Positions 1-10,303 of a stretch of 64,000 nt of DNA are shown here, in pieces. Within the stretch, counting starts at the first letter, position 1. Each line of letters opens with the position of its first letter. The stretch lies in sequence record PV158447.1. The stretch is one strand, 5' to 3'. The position numbers and the translations under genes are program-made. Below the pieces are notes generated by a model that was given only the letters and a program-made list of their open reading frames with translations, was not told the DNA's origin and made no database searches.

Positions 1-67
1 AAGTCATTAACTATGTAATCAGTTCTGCTGACATGGGACTAGACTTCGTTCAACGAGGAATTAACTC

Positions 68-604
68 ATGAGTATCCAACTGATGAATGTTTTTGATTTG
101 ACTGTCAAGCGAGATCTTATTAGTGGGTTCAATGAATTTAACAGTGAGGAACGAACTCCCGTACTGGAATACACGTTCTTCCATGAAGTTGGACCTGAAC
201 ATCTTTCTTTGATGGAAGGGACGACCCACGCTGGTTTCGTAAGCAACAAGATCGAAGTAACCCATCTCCTTCCGCCTAAGTTATCCATTCGTGATTTCAA
301 GGGAGAAAAGAAACACAACTCCCAGATTCCGATGTTAACTGACAAACCCGCGATACTAGAGCTTGTGTCGTGTTTTAACAGTTCCAGAGACATTCAGAAT
401 GCCGACATAGAGCAACGTTATCAAATGCTCCCAGAGACGCTTACAGAAGACGTATTCAGGGACTTTATGTTGTTCTGCAAAGTGTACGGGTTCTGGGTAT
501 TGACTTGGGAAGAAGTTTCTTTGTTGAAACAAGATGGTGTCCTTTATATCTCTGTTGATCACACTCATTCGACCTACAAGGGTACATTGGAGGTTCTGGT
601 ATGA
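68..604 (+). CDS. hypothetical phage protein (178 aa)
   Basis: ORF with GAGGA RBS at 55-59; ATGA-type overlap with the next ORF. Confidence 0.7.
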   Translation: MSIQLMNVFDLTVKRDLISGFNEFNSEERTPVLEYTFFHEVGPEHLSLMEGTTHAGFVSNKIEVTHLLPPKLSIRDFKGEKKHNSQIPMLTDKPAILELVSCFNSSRDIQNADIEQRYQMLPETLTEDVFRDFMLFCKVYGFWVLTWEEVSLLKQDGVLYISVDHTHSTYKGTLEVLV

Positions 605-1152
605 TGAACCGGGACAAATATCGACTGTTGAAGCAACAGTTAACGATTATCGAAACACTTCGATTGAACCAAGCCGTTTCTATCGATGGGAAGACTTTTG
701 ATAGTAAAACAGCAGAGACATTAGTTAAAACACTATTGGACTCCATCTTTCTGGATTTCACCATCCCTTCTGGGGTCTTGGATTCCAGAAAGAACCCGAA
801 AGAACTCCTGGAACTCCACAAAGCAGTTACCGAACTGTGCGATGGGGACTTTAAGTTAATCGGTCATCGTTATGACTTGAAGAAACTGAGCGAACTTATC
901 TATAGGTACCCAGATATCAAAGAGTTCTTCCGATTAGCAAAAATGACCCCTGATCGAAATCCTGACGCTACTCCTAAGTTCTTCGTTGATCAACTGATGA
1001 TTAAGGTAGAGGGACTGCTAGAACTGATCCGGTGTAACGGCAACGTCACTGGAGAACCCAGTGTTTCTCTTCAGGTGGTTTTGATTTTGGTTAATACGGT
1101 GGAATTAATAGATTCTGTTTTCTACGTACTGAATTTAAGGGAAGGTAAATAA
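601..1152 (+). CDS. hypothetical phage protein (183 aa)
   Basis: ORF translationally coupled at both ends (GTATGA, TAATG). Confidence 0.7.
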   Translation: MMNRDKYRLLKQQLTIIETLRLNQAVSIDGKTFDSKTAETLVKTLLDSIFLDFTIPSGVLDSRKNPKELLELHKAVTELCDGDFKLIGHRYDLKKLSELIYRYPDIKEFFRLAKMTPDRNPDATPKFFVDQLMIKVEGLLELIRCNGNVTGEPSVSLQVVLILVNTVELIDSVFYVLNLREGK

Positions 1153-2087
1153 TGAATATCGAAAGTAACGCGTCCATCCCAGGATGGTCACAGCACGCAC
1201 CTGAGACCGATATCACTGGGTTGGGGACGGTGGGTTCTGGCTCCACAATGTGTCCAGACAAATGCGTAGAAGGGTTTGTTGAAAACGAAGAGGAATTCAA
1301 GCACATTGAAACCATCCTGGAAGGTTACGGTGAATACCTGTCCAAGGAAGAAGTAAACGAAGCTTCTGTCTCTGGTACAGAGGCTTATGCAATGTCCGCA
1401 CTTCAGATCTATGGATATGAATCCTGGATGGATAGTATCAAGAAGGGTGCTGAAAGTGCTTACAACGCGATTATAGCAACTCTGAAGAAACTCAAGGACT
1501 TCTTCTTTGGTGACGGTGAGAAGCGTGTTGAGGAAGCTGACAAGAAGGCAGGTGATAGTTTAGAAGCCATGGGTAAGTTGGATCTCAACGCCCCAGTGAA
1601 AGATGAAGCAGCCGCCAAGAACCCCCTGACTTTCTTTAAGGGTATTCAAGAGTCTGCTGAACTTGAAAAGGTTTACGAGAAATATCCTGCTGTCAAGACT
1701 GCTTTCGAAAAGATCGAAGGTTCTGTCAGTCGGGTTAAGAACTCTGAAACAGTGGGTCAGTTGGGTGCGGTATTCCAAGACATGCGTAAATCGGCATCGG
1801 CAGCTGGTGCTGCGGTTTCTTCTTCTCTGAAGAAAGCGCTTGATAGCGCCGAGAAGAAAGCTAATGAGATTCGTAATCCCAAAGGTGTTCCCGATGACGC
1901 TACTGCTGAAATGAAAGCGGCTGTTAAGGAAGAGCACAAAGAGACCGTTGCTGAAGCCAGGGAAGAAACTAAAGAGTCTCGAATCCTTGCCAGTCTCCAG
2001 AACAAGATCACCACGATGCTCAATGCGATCTCTTCCAATGCCAGTTCTGTTAAAGGCGAAACCAAAGAGTCTGAATTTAAGGGGTGA
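1152..2087 (+). CDS. putative internal head (ejection/inner-body family) protein with cleavable propeptide
   Basis: Acidic N-terminus with S/G-x-E motifs (SGTEA, YGYES) followed by WMDSIKK...LKKLKDFF and an Ala/Lys/Glu-rich helical body, as in phiKZ-like head-protein paralog families. Confidence 0.6.
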   Translation: MNIESNASIPGWSQHAPETDITGLGTVGSGSTMCPDKCVEGFVENEEEFKHIETILEGYGEYLSKEEVNEASVSGTEAYAMSALQIYGYESWMDSIKKGAESAYNAIIATLKKLKDFFFGDGEKRVEEADKKAGDSLEAMGKLDLNAPVKDEAAAKNPLTFFKGIQESAELEKVYEKYPAVKTAFEKIEGSVSRVKNSETVGQLGAVFQDMRKSASAAGAAVSSSLKKALDSAEKKANEIRNPKGVPDDATAEMKAAVKEEHKETVAEAREETKESRILASLQNKITTMLNAISSNASSVKGETKESEFKG

Positions 2088-2090
2088 TGA

Positions 2091-3023
2091 ATGTCGTTCA
2101 AAGAACAGCTGATTCAAAAACTTTCCCCTAATCAAACTTTTGTTAAGGTATTTGCTAAGGACAGTGACAACACAGTCGTTGACTTACTGGAAGATAATCT
2201 CCCTAAACGTTACCTTCTAGAGAAGAAAGATATTAAAACGTTCTTTTCTAAACCACCTGTGTTATCTCTCCCAGTAGGGAGTACTGCTAATGATCTTTAC
2301 AATGCGTTCTCAGAGCGTTTTGGACTAGGTCTGGTAAAAGGTGTGGATTACGATGACGGATCACTCCTGGAGCTTTACAGGGACTTTCAGTATGTTACCT
2401 TAACAATGAGTTTTGATTCACTGGGTTACAAAGGTTCGATCGGGGTATTGGTGAATGATATTCAATTCACACTCCAAGGTAAATTGGAGCGTAACCTAAA
2501 TGGGGCTGATCAACACTATCTGTTCTCCAATGGTAGAGTTCGAGCCTATCTTTGTTCTAAGGTATTCACTTCTACTGTTAATCTTTTCTCTTCCAATAAA
2601 CTCTCTAGACAGTTTGTCTCTGAATTACAAGCGCAGATCAAAGAAGCATTGGATATTGATTTCCGATACGAACTAGAAGCAGGTATGGCGATTGGACGTT
2701 TCAATGACGGTCTCAGTGATTTGATCCTCTTTAGAACTAGTTCTGGTTATGAATACTTTCTTCGCTTCAGTTCTTCTGTAGGTGACCTTCCTGTTTTGGA
2801 TTATTTTTCTAAATCAGATTCCATTCTATTGGACGATGGCTCGAAAGAGTTGTTGTCTGGGATGGAAGTGATCAGTGCGGAGAAACCGGGTGAGAAAAGT
2901 GGGGAAGAGTTTATATATAGCGATTACGAAGTAATCAAGCATAATCCTTCTTTATTTCCAGAGGAGAATACTCCACAAGAGAAAGAATTGGAAATAGAAT
3001 CAGAAGAAATCACTCTAGAATAA
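2091..3023 (+). CDS. putative virion structural protein (phiKZ gp131-family-like N-terminal domain)
   Basis: TANDLYNAFSERFGLGL...SLGYKGSIGVLV resembles a recalled phiKZ-type virion domain; acidic C-tail. Confidence 0.45.
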   Translation: MSFKEQLIQKLSPNQTFVKVFAKDSDNTVVDLLEDNLPKRYLLEKKDIKTFFSKPPVLSLPVGSTANDLYNAFSERFGLGLVKGVDYDDGSLLELYRDFQYVTLTMSFDSLGYKGSIGVLVNDIQFTLQGKLERNLNGADQHYLFSNGRVRAYLCSKVFTSTVNLFSSNKLSRQFVSELQAQIKEALDIDFRYELEAGMAIGRFNDGLSDLILFRTSSGYEYFLRFSSSVGDLPVLDYFSKSDSILLDDGSKELLSGMEVISAEKPGEKSGEEFIYSDYEVIKHNPSLFPEENTPQEKELEIESEEITLE

Positions 3024-3040
3024 CAAGAATACATAATTCT

Positions 3041-3070
3041 CTCTCTTACTCCTTAATCGGAGTAAGAGAG
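3041..3070 (+). terminator. intrinsic terminator-like hairpin
   Basis: ctctcttactcc-ttaatc-ggagtaagagag, 12-bp stem after the 3023 stop. Confidence 0.7.
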
Positions 3071-3118
3071 TATATGTGTTTTTGAAAGATGTTATGGAAT
3101 CGATTAGGGGAGGACATT

Positions 3119-4654
3119 ATGTTCAATATTCATATTCCATCTCAGGAAACTTACAAGATACACTTAAGACCTGCGATATATCAATCCCTCGCTACTGTAT
3201 TGGAATATTTCAACATCCACCAGAAACACAAAATCTACTTTAATGGGGAAGGAGAAGTCTCCAAGTTGATTGGTGGTTTGTATAATAGTAAGCGTGGAGA
3301 TGACATAGATTCAGATCTTGGTTATGATGACAAGATCTTTGTTGAGGTAGAAATTGATTATGGTGGGTTCAACGACGAATTAGACAGTGAGAACAAAGGT
3401 GGTCAAACTGTTCCCCCACTTTGGGTTGATCCCATCACTGGAAGTATGATCAGACCTGTTTACACTGGACGTCGAGTAGATGTCACAATCAACAAGTTCT
3501 TTAAAGATAGAACAACTGCCCAAACATTCCATAGGAATATTCGTTCTGGATTATTGCAGAGTAATCTGATTAGTACATTTGATGTCAATACACACTACCC
3601 GATACCAATGAGTTTGTTGGAATGTTATCAGGACGTGTACAAACGACTCTTAAATGGTAAAGCAGTTGATGAAGAAAACGGAAAGAACTTTCTGAGTTGG
3701 TTCAGAGGAAACAGTACTGTTGAAACAGACATCATTTCCAATATCGTCGGAAATAACAACTGTCTGGTATTCTTACAACAGAACGCAGATAACGGGATGA
3801 ATTACGGACCCGTTAACTTTGCTCAAGTGAATAAAGGACGCTATATTGGTCAGTTTGAAGTTAGCTGGACATATAGTTTCTTCTGGAACGAACATACCAA
3901 ATGGTCTCTGGAATATCCTATCCAAGTGTTTCAACAACAAATGCCTGGAAAATGGATACCTGATCAACACGAGCGTAGTTTGAGACGACCCCCGAGTAAT
4001 CGTTTCTTGGAATCCACTTTTGCCAGAGCTGTGTTCGGTGCAGGTATCCCTACCAACCCGTTTTATCACGTGTTACCTAATCAGGATAACTGGAGACCTC
4101 CTACCGAGAGTTGGTTAAGTCCCCAGTTACAAATCTTGGTGAATATGGAAGATGTACAAGGTGAACAGGTTATTCTGAACATTAAGGATATACATGGGTT
4201 TACCTGGGATGAGAAGTTCCTTAAGTACATACTCCAACATCACACTAAGGTCACTAGACGACACCGCTCCCCACTGAACTTTAAAGTTTGGTCTAACAAC
4301 ACCCAAGTGTTAGAAAGTCAGATAGAACTTAGAGAGAATGGGGATTTGGTCATCACCCGCCCACCGACTTTGAGTAATATCTACCGAGTAGTCTTTAGTT
4401 TGGACTATGCACTTCGACAATACACCGACGATGGTGTCTGGGACATCCTAGATGATGGTGAATACGGTAGGTGGATTATCGATACCTTATTTCCAGGAAA
4501 TAAACTTCCAGATACCTGGCCTCACGGTGGGTGGAATGATTGGATCGATATTCACAATAAGGTAGAAGTAGGTGACGGTCCAGAGATTGATTATTTCTCA
4601 ACGTACATGATGGGAATGGTGGTCATCGCTAAACGAGAAGGAAACCTGTATTAA
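3119..4654 (+). CDS. conserved virion structural protein (phiKZ gp98-101 block by synteny); likely start 3119
   Basis: Long ORF; GGGAGGA RBS before ATG 3119; lies in the structural block upstream of DnaB/MCP. Confidence 0.55.
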   Translation: MFNIHIPSQETYKIHLRPAIYQSLATVLEYFNIHQKHKIYFNGEGEVSKLIGGLYNSKRGDDIDSDLGYDDKIFVEVEIDYGGFNDELDSENKGGQTVPPLWVDPITGSMIRPVYTGRRVDVTINKFFKDRTTAQTFHRNIRSGLLQSNLISTFDVNTHYPIPMSLLECYQDVYKRLLNGKAVDEENGKNFLSWFRGNSTVETDIISNIVGNNNCLVFLQQNADNGMNYGPVNFAQVNKGRYIGQFEVSWTYSFFWNEHTKWSLEYPIQVFQQQMPGKWIPDQHERSLRRPPSNRFLESTFARAVFGAGIPTNPFYHVLPNQDNWRPPTESWLSPQLQILVNMEDVQGEQVILNIKDIHGFTWDEKFLKYILQHHTKVTRRHRSPLNFKVWSNNTQVLESQIELRENGDLVITRPPTLSNIYRVVFSLDYALRQYTDDGVWDILDDGEYGRWIIDTLFPGNKLPDTWPHGGWNDWIDIHNKVEVGDGPEIDYFSTYMMGMVVIAKREGNLY

Positions 4655-5952
4655 TGGCACAGACAATCATCGGGGAAACCACTCCCCCTCCTGCTCCCAA
4701 ACCTACGATATTTCCGGAGAGTTATCAACACTCTATCATCCAGAGTAAATATGTTCCACACACTAGCTTACTGAGCTTTGTGAATGGTTCTCCTACTCTG
4801 GTTGAGTATTATCGTGGTTCTTATGGGCGGGATGAAGAACAGCAAGGTTTTGAACCAGATTCAATCGAAACGTACTCTTCATATAAACGAATCCACAACC
4901 TGATTCTGAAATTAGAAGATGGGGAAGGTTCCACCAACTTTGACAACACAACCGCTCAGCTAGAGAAGATCTATTCTGGCTACGTTCTATTTGATCTCGC
5001 TCCCGGTAAAGGTGATTTGTTCATTCGAGACGTTGGGGATGGGCGAGCTGGTCTATTCAGTATCTTTGAACAGCCCCAGATTAGAACTGTGTACGCTGAT
5101 AAGTGTTATTACTTTGAAGCCAGGTTCCAGGGCTTCGTCACTCAGGATATCATGAACAACCTGAATGCGAAAGTCATTGAAGAACTTTACTACCAGAAAG
5201 ATGTAGCAATTGGTGGTGGTAACGCACTACTCACCAAAACGGATCGTGATCTCAATCTTGACATCTGTCAGTTGAAATTGGCGATCATGGATGACATCCT
5301 TGCGAAACACTACTACAAGGATGAAGAAACCATCATTCTCCCCAATGACGACAAAGACATTCTTTACGATCCCTATTTGGCCAAATTCCTTTCTTATACT
5401 TTCCCTGTGAAAGAGATGGGAATGCGAGAGAAGATTCGTATTCTGGATGTGAACTATTGGGCTGATGATCGCCAACAACAAGAACCAATAACTGTTTGGG
5501 ATATGTTCCTCAGGAATGGTTATCGCCATCCTCAGATTTACAAACAGGACTACTACGTCCATCCTCGTGGTAACTTGATGAACACTCGTATGTACGGGAA
5601 CGTTTATTACTCCAAGATGGATAGAGCAATTGTGGTTCACAAAGACCACGCTGTAAAACAAACCTATCAGTTCAAAGGAAGTATGTTCCCCATTGGACCA
5701 GTTGCCCCTATCCCCGTAGAAGAATCCAAGAAATGGAGCTACTTCTTTTCTGACGATTTCTATAATGGTGGCGGGACCGAACTTGAGAAGTTTGTGTTCA
5801 AGATGTGGAAAGACAAAACAGTTGATAAAGCAGAATTGGTGAAGGTTCTGGAGAATTACTGGAACTTGACAGACATTGAAAAGCTTTACATGTCTGGGAT
5901 CTACGTAGGGGCGTGTAAAACGATGCTCACACGTAATTCTAGCTTTACTTAA
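4654..5952 (+). CDS. conserved virion structural protein
   Basis: 432-aa ORF coupled via TAATG; synteny within the structural block. Confidence 0.55.
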   Translation: MAQTIIGETTPPPAPKPTIFPESYQHSIIQSKYVPHTSLLSFVNGSPTLVEYYRGSYGRDEEQQGFEPDSIETYSSYKRIHNLILKLEDGEGSTNFDNTTAQLEKIYSGYVLFDLAPGKGDLFIRDVGDGRAGLFSIFEQPQIRTVYADKCYYFEARFQGFVTQDIMNNLNAKVIEELYYQKDVAIGGGNALLTKTDRDLNLDICQLKLAIMDDILAKHYYKDEETIILPNDDKDILYDPYLAKFLSYTFPVKEMGMREKIRILDVNYWADDRQQQEPITVWDMFLRNGYRHPQIYKQDYYVHPRGNLMNTRMYGNVYYSKMDRAIVVHKDHAVKQTYQFKGSMFPIGPVAPIPVEESKKWSYFFSDDFYNGGGTELEKFVFKMWKDKTVDKAELVKVLENYWNLTDIEKLYMSGIYVGACKTMLTRNSSFT

Positions 5953-5969
5953 TAGGAAGGTGCTAGCTT

Positions 5970-6674
5970 GTGGACGTAACACGTTACATGATCATTAGAA
6001 CACGTCAGGTGGAACTTTACAACCTCCTGATGAATGCAACATTCCCCACTCACATACCACGTTCTCATCTCATGTCCCTGAAGACGCTTCAGAGGCTAGT
6101 TGACAATCCTCCCATTCACGGTACGGATTGGATGGATAAACGAGAAGAACGTCCCATGACAATCGCTGGAATGTGTGTGGCTTACTCCAACATGGGTTCG
6201 GAAACCGAGATCTATTTCACCAGACCAGAGATCCACGTTCCTCGTGTTTTTGAGATTATACAGGAGTACGTGGGGAACTGGGTTGAGCTGATGATGAATT
6301 ACAGTTGGTTTCAGCACCCACCTCTGGAAGAACTTGACTTGTTAGAAGGAGTGGCTAAACATCTCTTTCCTGTATACAAAGAGTATAAACTCAGAACAAT
6401 CACCCAGATGGCAGGAACAAGTTCCCTAGAAGACATGACGTTGACTGACCTCCTTAGAGTTCGGATGCAACTTGGAGGAGTAAATCGGGATGGGATTTCA
6501 TTTATTTCCAACATGGGGATTTATCGAGACTCCATGAATGATCATTCCATGCCAGGTGGATTTGATACCATTGGAAACGTTTCTAACGGCCTCACATCGT
6601 TTTCTGGGGGCGGTGATGCTGAAGATCCCTTTGAAGCATTTAAACGAATGCAGACAGGGATAGGAGGGCTTTAA
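5970..6674 (+). CDS. hypothetical conserved protein (GTG start)
   Basis: AGGAAGG RBS upstream; TAATG coupling to the next gene. Confidence 0.6.
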   Translation: MDVTRYMIIRTRQVELYNLLMNATFPTHIPRSHLMSLKTLQRLVDNPPIHGTDWMDKREERPMTIAGMCVAYSNMGSETEIYFTRPEIHVPRVFEIIQEYVGNWVELMMNYSWFQHPPLEELDLLEGVAKHLFPVYKEYKLRTITQMAGTSSLEDMTLTDLLRVRMQLGGVNRDGISFISNMGIYRDSMNDHSMPGGFDTIGNVSNGLTSFSGGGDAEDPFEAFKRMQTGIGGL

Positions 6675-8011
6675 TGGCTATTGATAATATCATCGGTAGT
6701 TTTCTACGACAAGCTTCCCTAACCGCCAAACACAAAGTCAGACTGAAGCAAACCTTAACCCTGAACGCGATCATCATTACACCCAAGGAACAGATCAGAG
6801 GAATACAAGTTACCCACTTCTCAGAAGCGGCCGACTTCCTCTCTAACCGAAGTGAAAAGATGGGGATTAAGATCCAACTGAGACCAGGAGATTATTTCGA
6901 TAAGATCGTTCCATATCGGGACGACATCATTATCCAGGTAGTGATGGATTCGGATTCAGAACGTCGTATAAGAGAGTTCGTTGGAATCCCTATCGTTGAT
7001 AGGGATTTACGTTCGGAAGGCGATCTGGCTTCCTTGGCTAACCTTTCCGCGTACAACGATATTAGTCTCGCGGAATATGAATTCCAGCTGATGGACAAGG
7101 GATTTGCTAAACTGAGAAATGAATTGGTGGGAGCCAACTTTGCTATGGAAACCCCAGGACAAATACTCCCGTACATCATGGATAAGTATAGTAAAGCAGT
7201 TGACTATGGTTCTGCACCGAAATACAAAGGGATTTATTATCCACCATTTGATAATCTCTCTCCTGTTGCTCAAGTGCTGATTCCACCTCAGACCCGTTTG
7301 ATCGATGTTCCTAGTTATCTTCAAAACAAAGAAGAATATGGGATTTATTCCAAAGGGTTGGGTTCTTTCTATAAACAGAGCTGGTGGTGGATCTACCCCT
7401 TGTTTGACTGTAATCGGGTTGACCAACACCATCGACCGATCGATATCATCCGAGTACCGAAGGACAAACTCCCTACGCTGGACTATACCTTCTACATGTC
7501 AGAGGTCGCGTTAACTATCATCTCTACTGGTGATGCGAAACATCAAGACCATGCCGACATTAGGAAACAGAACCAAGGTGTGGGTAAACGGGTCTTGCAA
7601 TCAGCTGCGATTGAGGGTGAAACAGGAAGTCATTACACCAAAGGTCGTTCTGTCATTACTCGAGCCGATACATTACAAGAATACAAACTCTCTGATCGAA
7701 AGAACAGTGAGGAGTATGTTCCGTTTGATCCTAAACCAACTTCGAATATGTCTGCCGTTCTTTCTGTGAATGCTTTCAACGAAGGAGAAATCCTAACTGT
7801 TGAATGGCACAACGGAGATACCGGGTACCTTGAACCAGGGCATCCACTTCGTTATCAGTACATTGGACCTGATGATCAGCTGATTATCCGGAAAGGTGTT
7901 CTGTTGGGTTATCGAACAGATTACCTTCCCATTACAGCCGGCCCGGTTCCGGATATGAGACGAACTTGTGTTCTTCATATTTTTCTGAAGAAACAAAACA
8001 AATATAAATAA
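6674..8011 (+). CDS. putative baseplate hub protein (phiKZ gp101-like)
   Basis: 445 aa; YGIYSKGLGSFYKQSWWWIYPLFD motif and position at the end of the block; recalled similarity, not searched. Confidence 0.45.
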   Translation: MAIDNIIGSFLRQASLTAKHKVRLKQTLTLNAIIITPKEQIRGIQVTHFSEAADFLSNRSEKMGIKIQLRPGDYFDKIVPYRDDIIIQVVMDSDSERRIREFVGIPIVDRDLRSEGDLASLANLSAYNDISLAEYEFQLMDKGFAKLRNELVGANFAMETPGQILPYIMDKYSKAVDYGSAPKYKGIYYPPFDNLSPVAQVLIPPQTRLIDVPSYLQNKEEYGIYSKGLGSFYKQSWWWIYPLFDCNRVDQHHRPIDIIRVPKDKLPTLDYTFYMSEVALTIISTGDAKHQDHADIRKQNQGVGKRVLQSAAIEGETGSHYTKGRSVITRADTLQEYKLSDRKNSEEYVPFDPKPTSNMSAVLSVNAFNEGEILTVEWHNGDTGYLEPGHPLRYQYIGPDDQLIIRKGVLLGYRTDYLPITAGPVPDMRRTCVLHIFLKKQNKYK

Positions 8012-8018
8012 GTGCATG

Positions 8019-8048
8019 CTCTCTACCTCCCATTTGGGAGGTAGAGAG
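8019..8048. terminator. bidirectional terminator hairpin (CT-rich family)
   Basis: ctctctacctccc-attt-gggaggtagagag, 13-bp stem between convergent genes. Confidence 0.8.
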
Positions 8049-8062
8049 TTTATTAACATTCG

Positions 8063-9598
8063 TTAAATGGCATCAAAGTCTTCACCACCACCCATGGCTT
8101 CACTGCGATGAGCAAGTGATTTACGGAAAGTGGATTTCTCCAGATTGATATCGTGTATCAATCCATTAAGAGGATCAAGAGGATACATACCGAATCGTTC
8201 TGATTCTGGCGCACCTTCACCACGCATTTTACCACAGTAATAAGTTAGCCAGTTTTCCCCGTTACTGAACTTGGCGACATGTATCCCAAACACACAGTCA
8301 ACTTCGTTGGTGAGCTTGGTACAACCTTCAGTCATTGACTTACCACCCACATCCCGAATAAAGTATGCTTCGGAATCTTCATCTGATTCACGAATAAACT
8401 TCTTGGCGTCCGGAGAAAGTTGGTGAGGAGTAATAAAAATAGAACCACGAGAACTGAAGAAGTTACGAGCTCGACGATACAGGTCCTGTAGTCTATCGGA
8501 ACGAGATTCACCCGTAGTCCCAGTCAGGTCCATCATCGCCAAGTAGTCGTAAGCGCACAGAACAATTTCGTGACCACGGGATTCCAAATCACGAATACGT
8601 TGTTGTAGTTCGTGAATATTATCATGACTCGGGTTAACACGATAGAAAACGAAATGCCATCCGTTTTCTTTAAATGTATCCATGATGACTTTGGTGGCTT
8701 CTTCCGTTGTTGCTTCAAAGAAGTCTGGTTTGATACCTGTCTTAGCAGTAACGAAGATTTCGTACATCCGCTTAAAGATAAGTCCCAGAGAGTCCTCTGC
8801 TGACATCAAGATAACAGTGGGTATCTTTGACTTGTCTCTGAGAACCGGTTTGTTATACAACGGTACAGAAGCGATGAAGTGAGCAAGAGAGAAAGACTTC
8901 CCACGGTTGGTCAGCGCTTCCACCATGTACATCAGACCACGTCGTAAACCAAAGTCAGGACCCAGGGCATTGTTGAATCCGACCAACCCAGTTTTAACGA
9001 TACCTTCTGCCGACGTTTCTACTTTCAGTTGATCAAGGATATTGGCAATGGACATCGCGTCATTACCATCTGCCTTTTCAACCACTGCTCGATCAAACTG
9101 AGAACCATCACTGGCTATCTTAGCACTCAGTAAATCAGCAATCAGAATTGCATCTTCTTTACTCAGTTCCATTTCCCCATCAAACATGAAGGGACGAACT
9201 AGAGATTTAAACTTGGTATTGAATTCGTTACGGATATCGTTCAGACGAAGATCATTAATAATTTGGAAGATAAGGGCCCGGGCATCTTCCTCTTTCATCT
9301 CTGCGTTGAAACCGGAATTCAAGGTTTTCTCTAATGCAGAATCCAGTTTGATGATCTCCATCAACCGTGGTTCTATCAATGATGTTATGATGTTAGAATC
9401 ACTGGGTTGCTCCCGGATCCACACTAACAGTTTCCGTAACAAAGCTTCTACTTTCTTATCCTGTACTACCAGACTTTCTTTACTGTTCGGTACAGCATCA
9501 GCAAGTATCATCAATTCGTCCATCATGGACTTGTCTGACAGCCTCCACGCTTGGAACATTGCTGTAGCAAGTTTGACGAGACGGATTAGGTTATTCAT
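8063..9598 (-). CDS. dnaB: DnaB-like replicative helicase (phiKZ gp118-like)
   Basis: GIVKTG..GFNNALG, Walker A ALTNRGKS, SAED, Walker B CAYDYL, HQLS, GKMRG; two genes upstream of MCP as in phiKZ-like phages. Confidence 0.9.
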   Translation of the reverse strand: MNNLIRLVKLATAMFQAWRLSDKSMMDELMILADAVPNSKESLVVQDKKVEALLRKLLVWIREQPSDSNIITSLIEPRLMEIIKLDSALEKTLNSGFNAEMKEEDARALIFQIINDLRLNDIRNEFNTKFKSLVRPFMFDGEMELSKEDAILIADLLSAKIASDGSQFDRAVVEKADGNDAMSIANILDQLKVETSAEGIVKTGLVGFNNALGPDFGLRRGLMYMVEALTNRGKSFSLAHFIASVPLYNKPVLRDKSKIPTVILMSAEDSLGLIFKRMYEIFVTAKTGIKPDFFEATTEEATKVIMDTFKENGWHFVFYRVNPSHDNIHELQQRIRDLESRGHEIVLCAYDYLAMMDLTGTTGESRSDRLQDLYRRARNFFSSRGSIFITPHQLSPDAKKFIRESDEDSEAYFIRDVGGKSMTEGCTKLTNEVDCVFGIHVAKFSNGENWLTYYCGKMRGEGAPESERFGMYPLDPLNGLIHDINLEKSTFRKSLAHRSEAMGGGEDFDAI

Positions 9599-9630
9599 GG
9601 GGACTCCTCGGTAGAATAGGTTATAAATCT

Positions 9631-10182
9631 ATGAATTTTAAACAAGGTAAAAATAAGCTCAAGATCGTTTTCCTCCGAGAAACTGATCTCAGGCTTTTGA
9701 ATTCTCGTGGGCTAGAACTTCCCGATTTACTCACTCTTCCTCAGTTTGACAAAATCGCTGATGAAGACTGTTTAGATTGGCTGGAATACCAACGCGGAAT
9801 GGAAAAGCGATATGCTGGATTCAGCGTGACAACTTATGACCAGACCAGTGATAATCCAAATGGGAATTTCAATCGCCAGGGTCCGGTTTATAAAGCAAAA
9901 TATGAATCGAGTCTGAACACCGACAAGAAACCGAAAGTAGGTAAGTTTGCTTACTACTATCTGTTCAACAACAAACTCTTCATACTTCACAGTGATAATA
10001 CTGTGAGCAACGACAAATTCGTCGATATCGCCGGTGATCTCTCTCTTGCTATGTATCGGGCTGTCCTCGGTGCACTGGGGAATTATGATTTCTACGGTAA
10101 AGAAGAACGTCATCTTTCCGATACTGTGAAAGAGCGTGGCTATATTGACGCTGGGTTTGTTCTGTCCAAAGTACTTGCGTAA
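9631..10182 (+). CDS. conserved protein between helicase and MCP (phiKZ gp119 position)
   Basis: 183-aa ORF; syntenic position only. Confidence 0.6.
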   Translation: MNFKQGKNKLKIVFLRETDLRLLNSRGLELPDLLTLPQFDKIADEDCLDWLEYQRGMEKRYAGFSVTTYDQTSDNPNGNFNRQGPVYKAKYESSLNTDKKPKVGKFAYYYLFNNKLFILHSDNTVSNDKFVDIAGDLSLAMYRAVLGALGNYDFYGKEERHLSDTVKERGYIDAGFVLSKVLA

Positions 10183-10303
10183 ATACTTTGTGAATAACGA
10201 TTCTCCTGCATTACAGTAATGTTATGCGTGAAAATCACCATTGCGCGAACAAATATATTTGTTTTCAATTTCTCTTCAAATCTTTTCAAGAAAGGATAGT
10301 TTC

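Noticed and set aside
3071-3078. TATG late-promoter cores (also near 10223 and 61657)
   Set aside because: A 4-bp motif cannot be distinguished from chance without TSS data
10241-10303. TTG-extended starts in the track (also 19517-22474, 46621, 55088, 58929, 60788, 62168)
   Set aside because: Downstream ATGs have clear RBSs, and the extensions run through terminators, promoters or neighbouring genes
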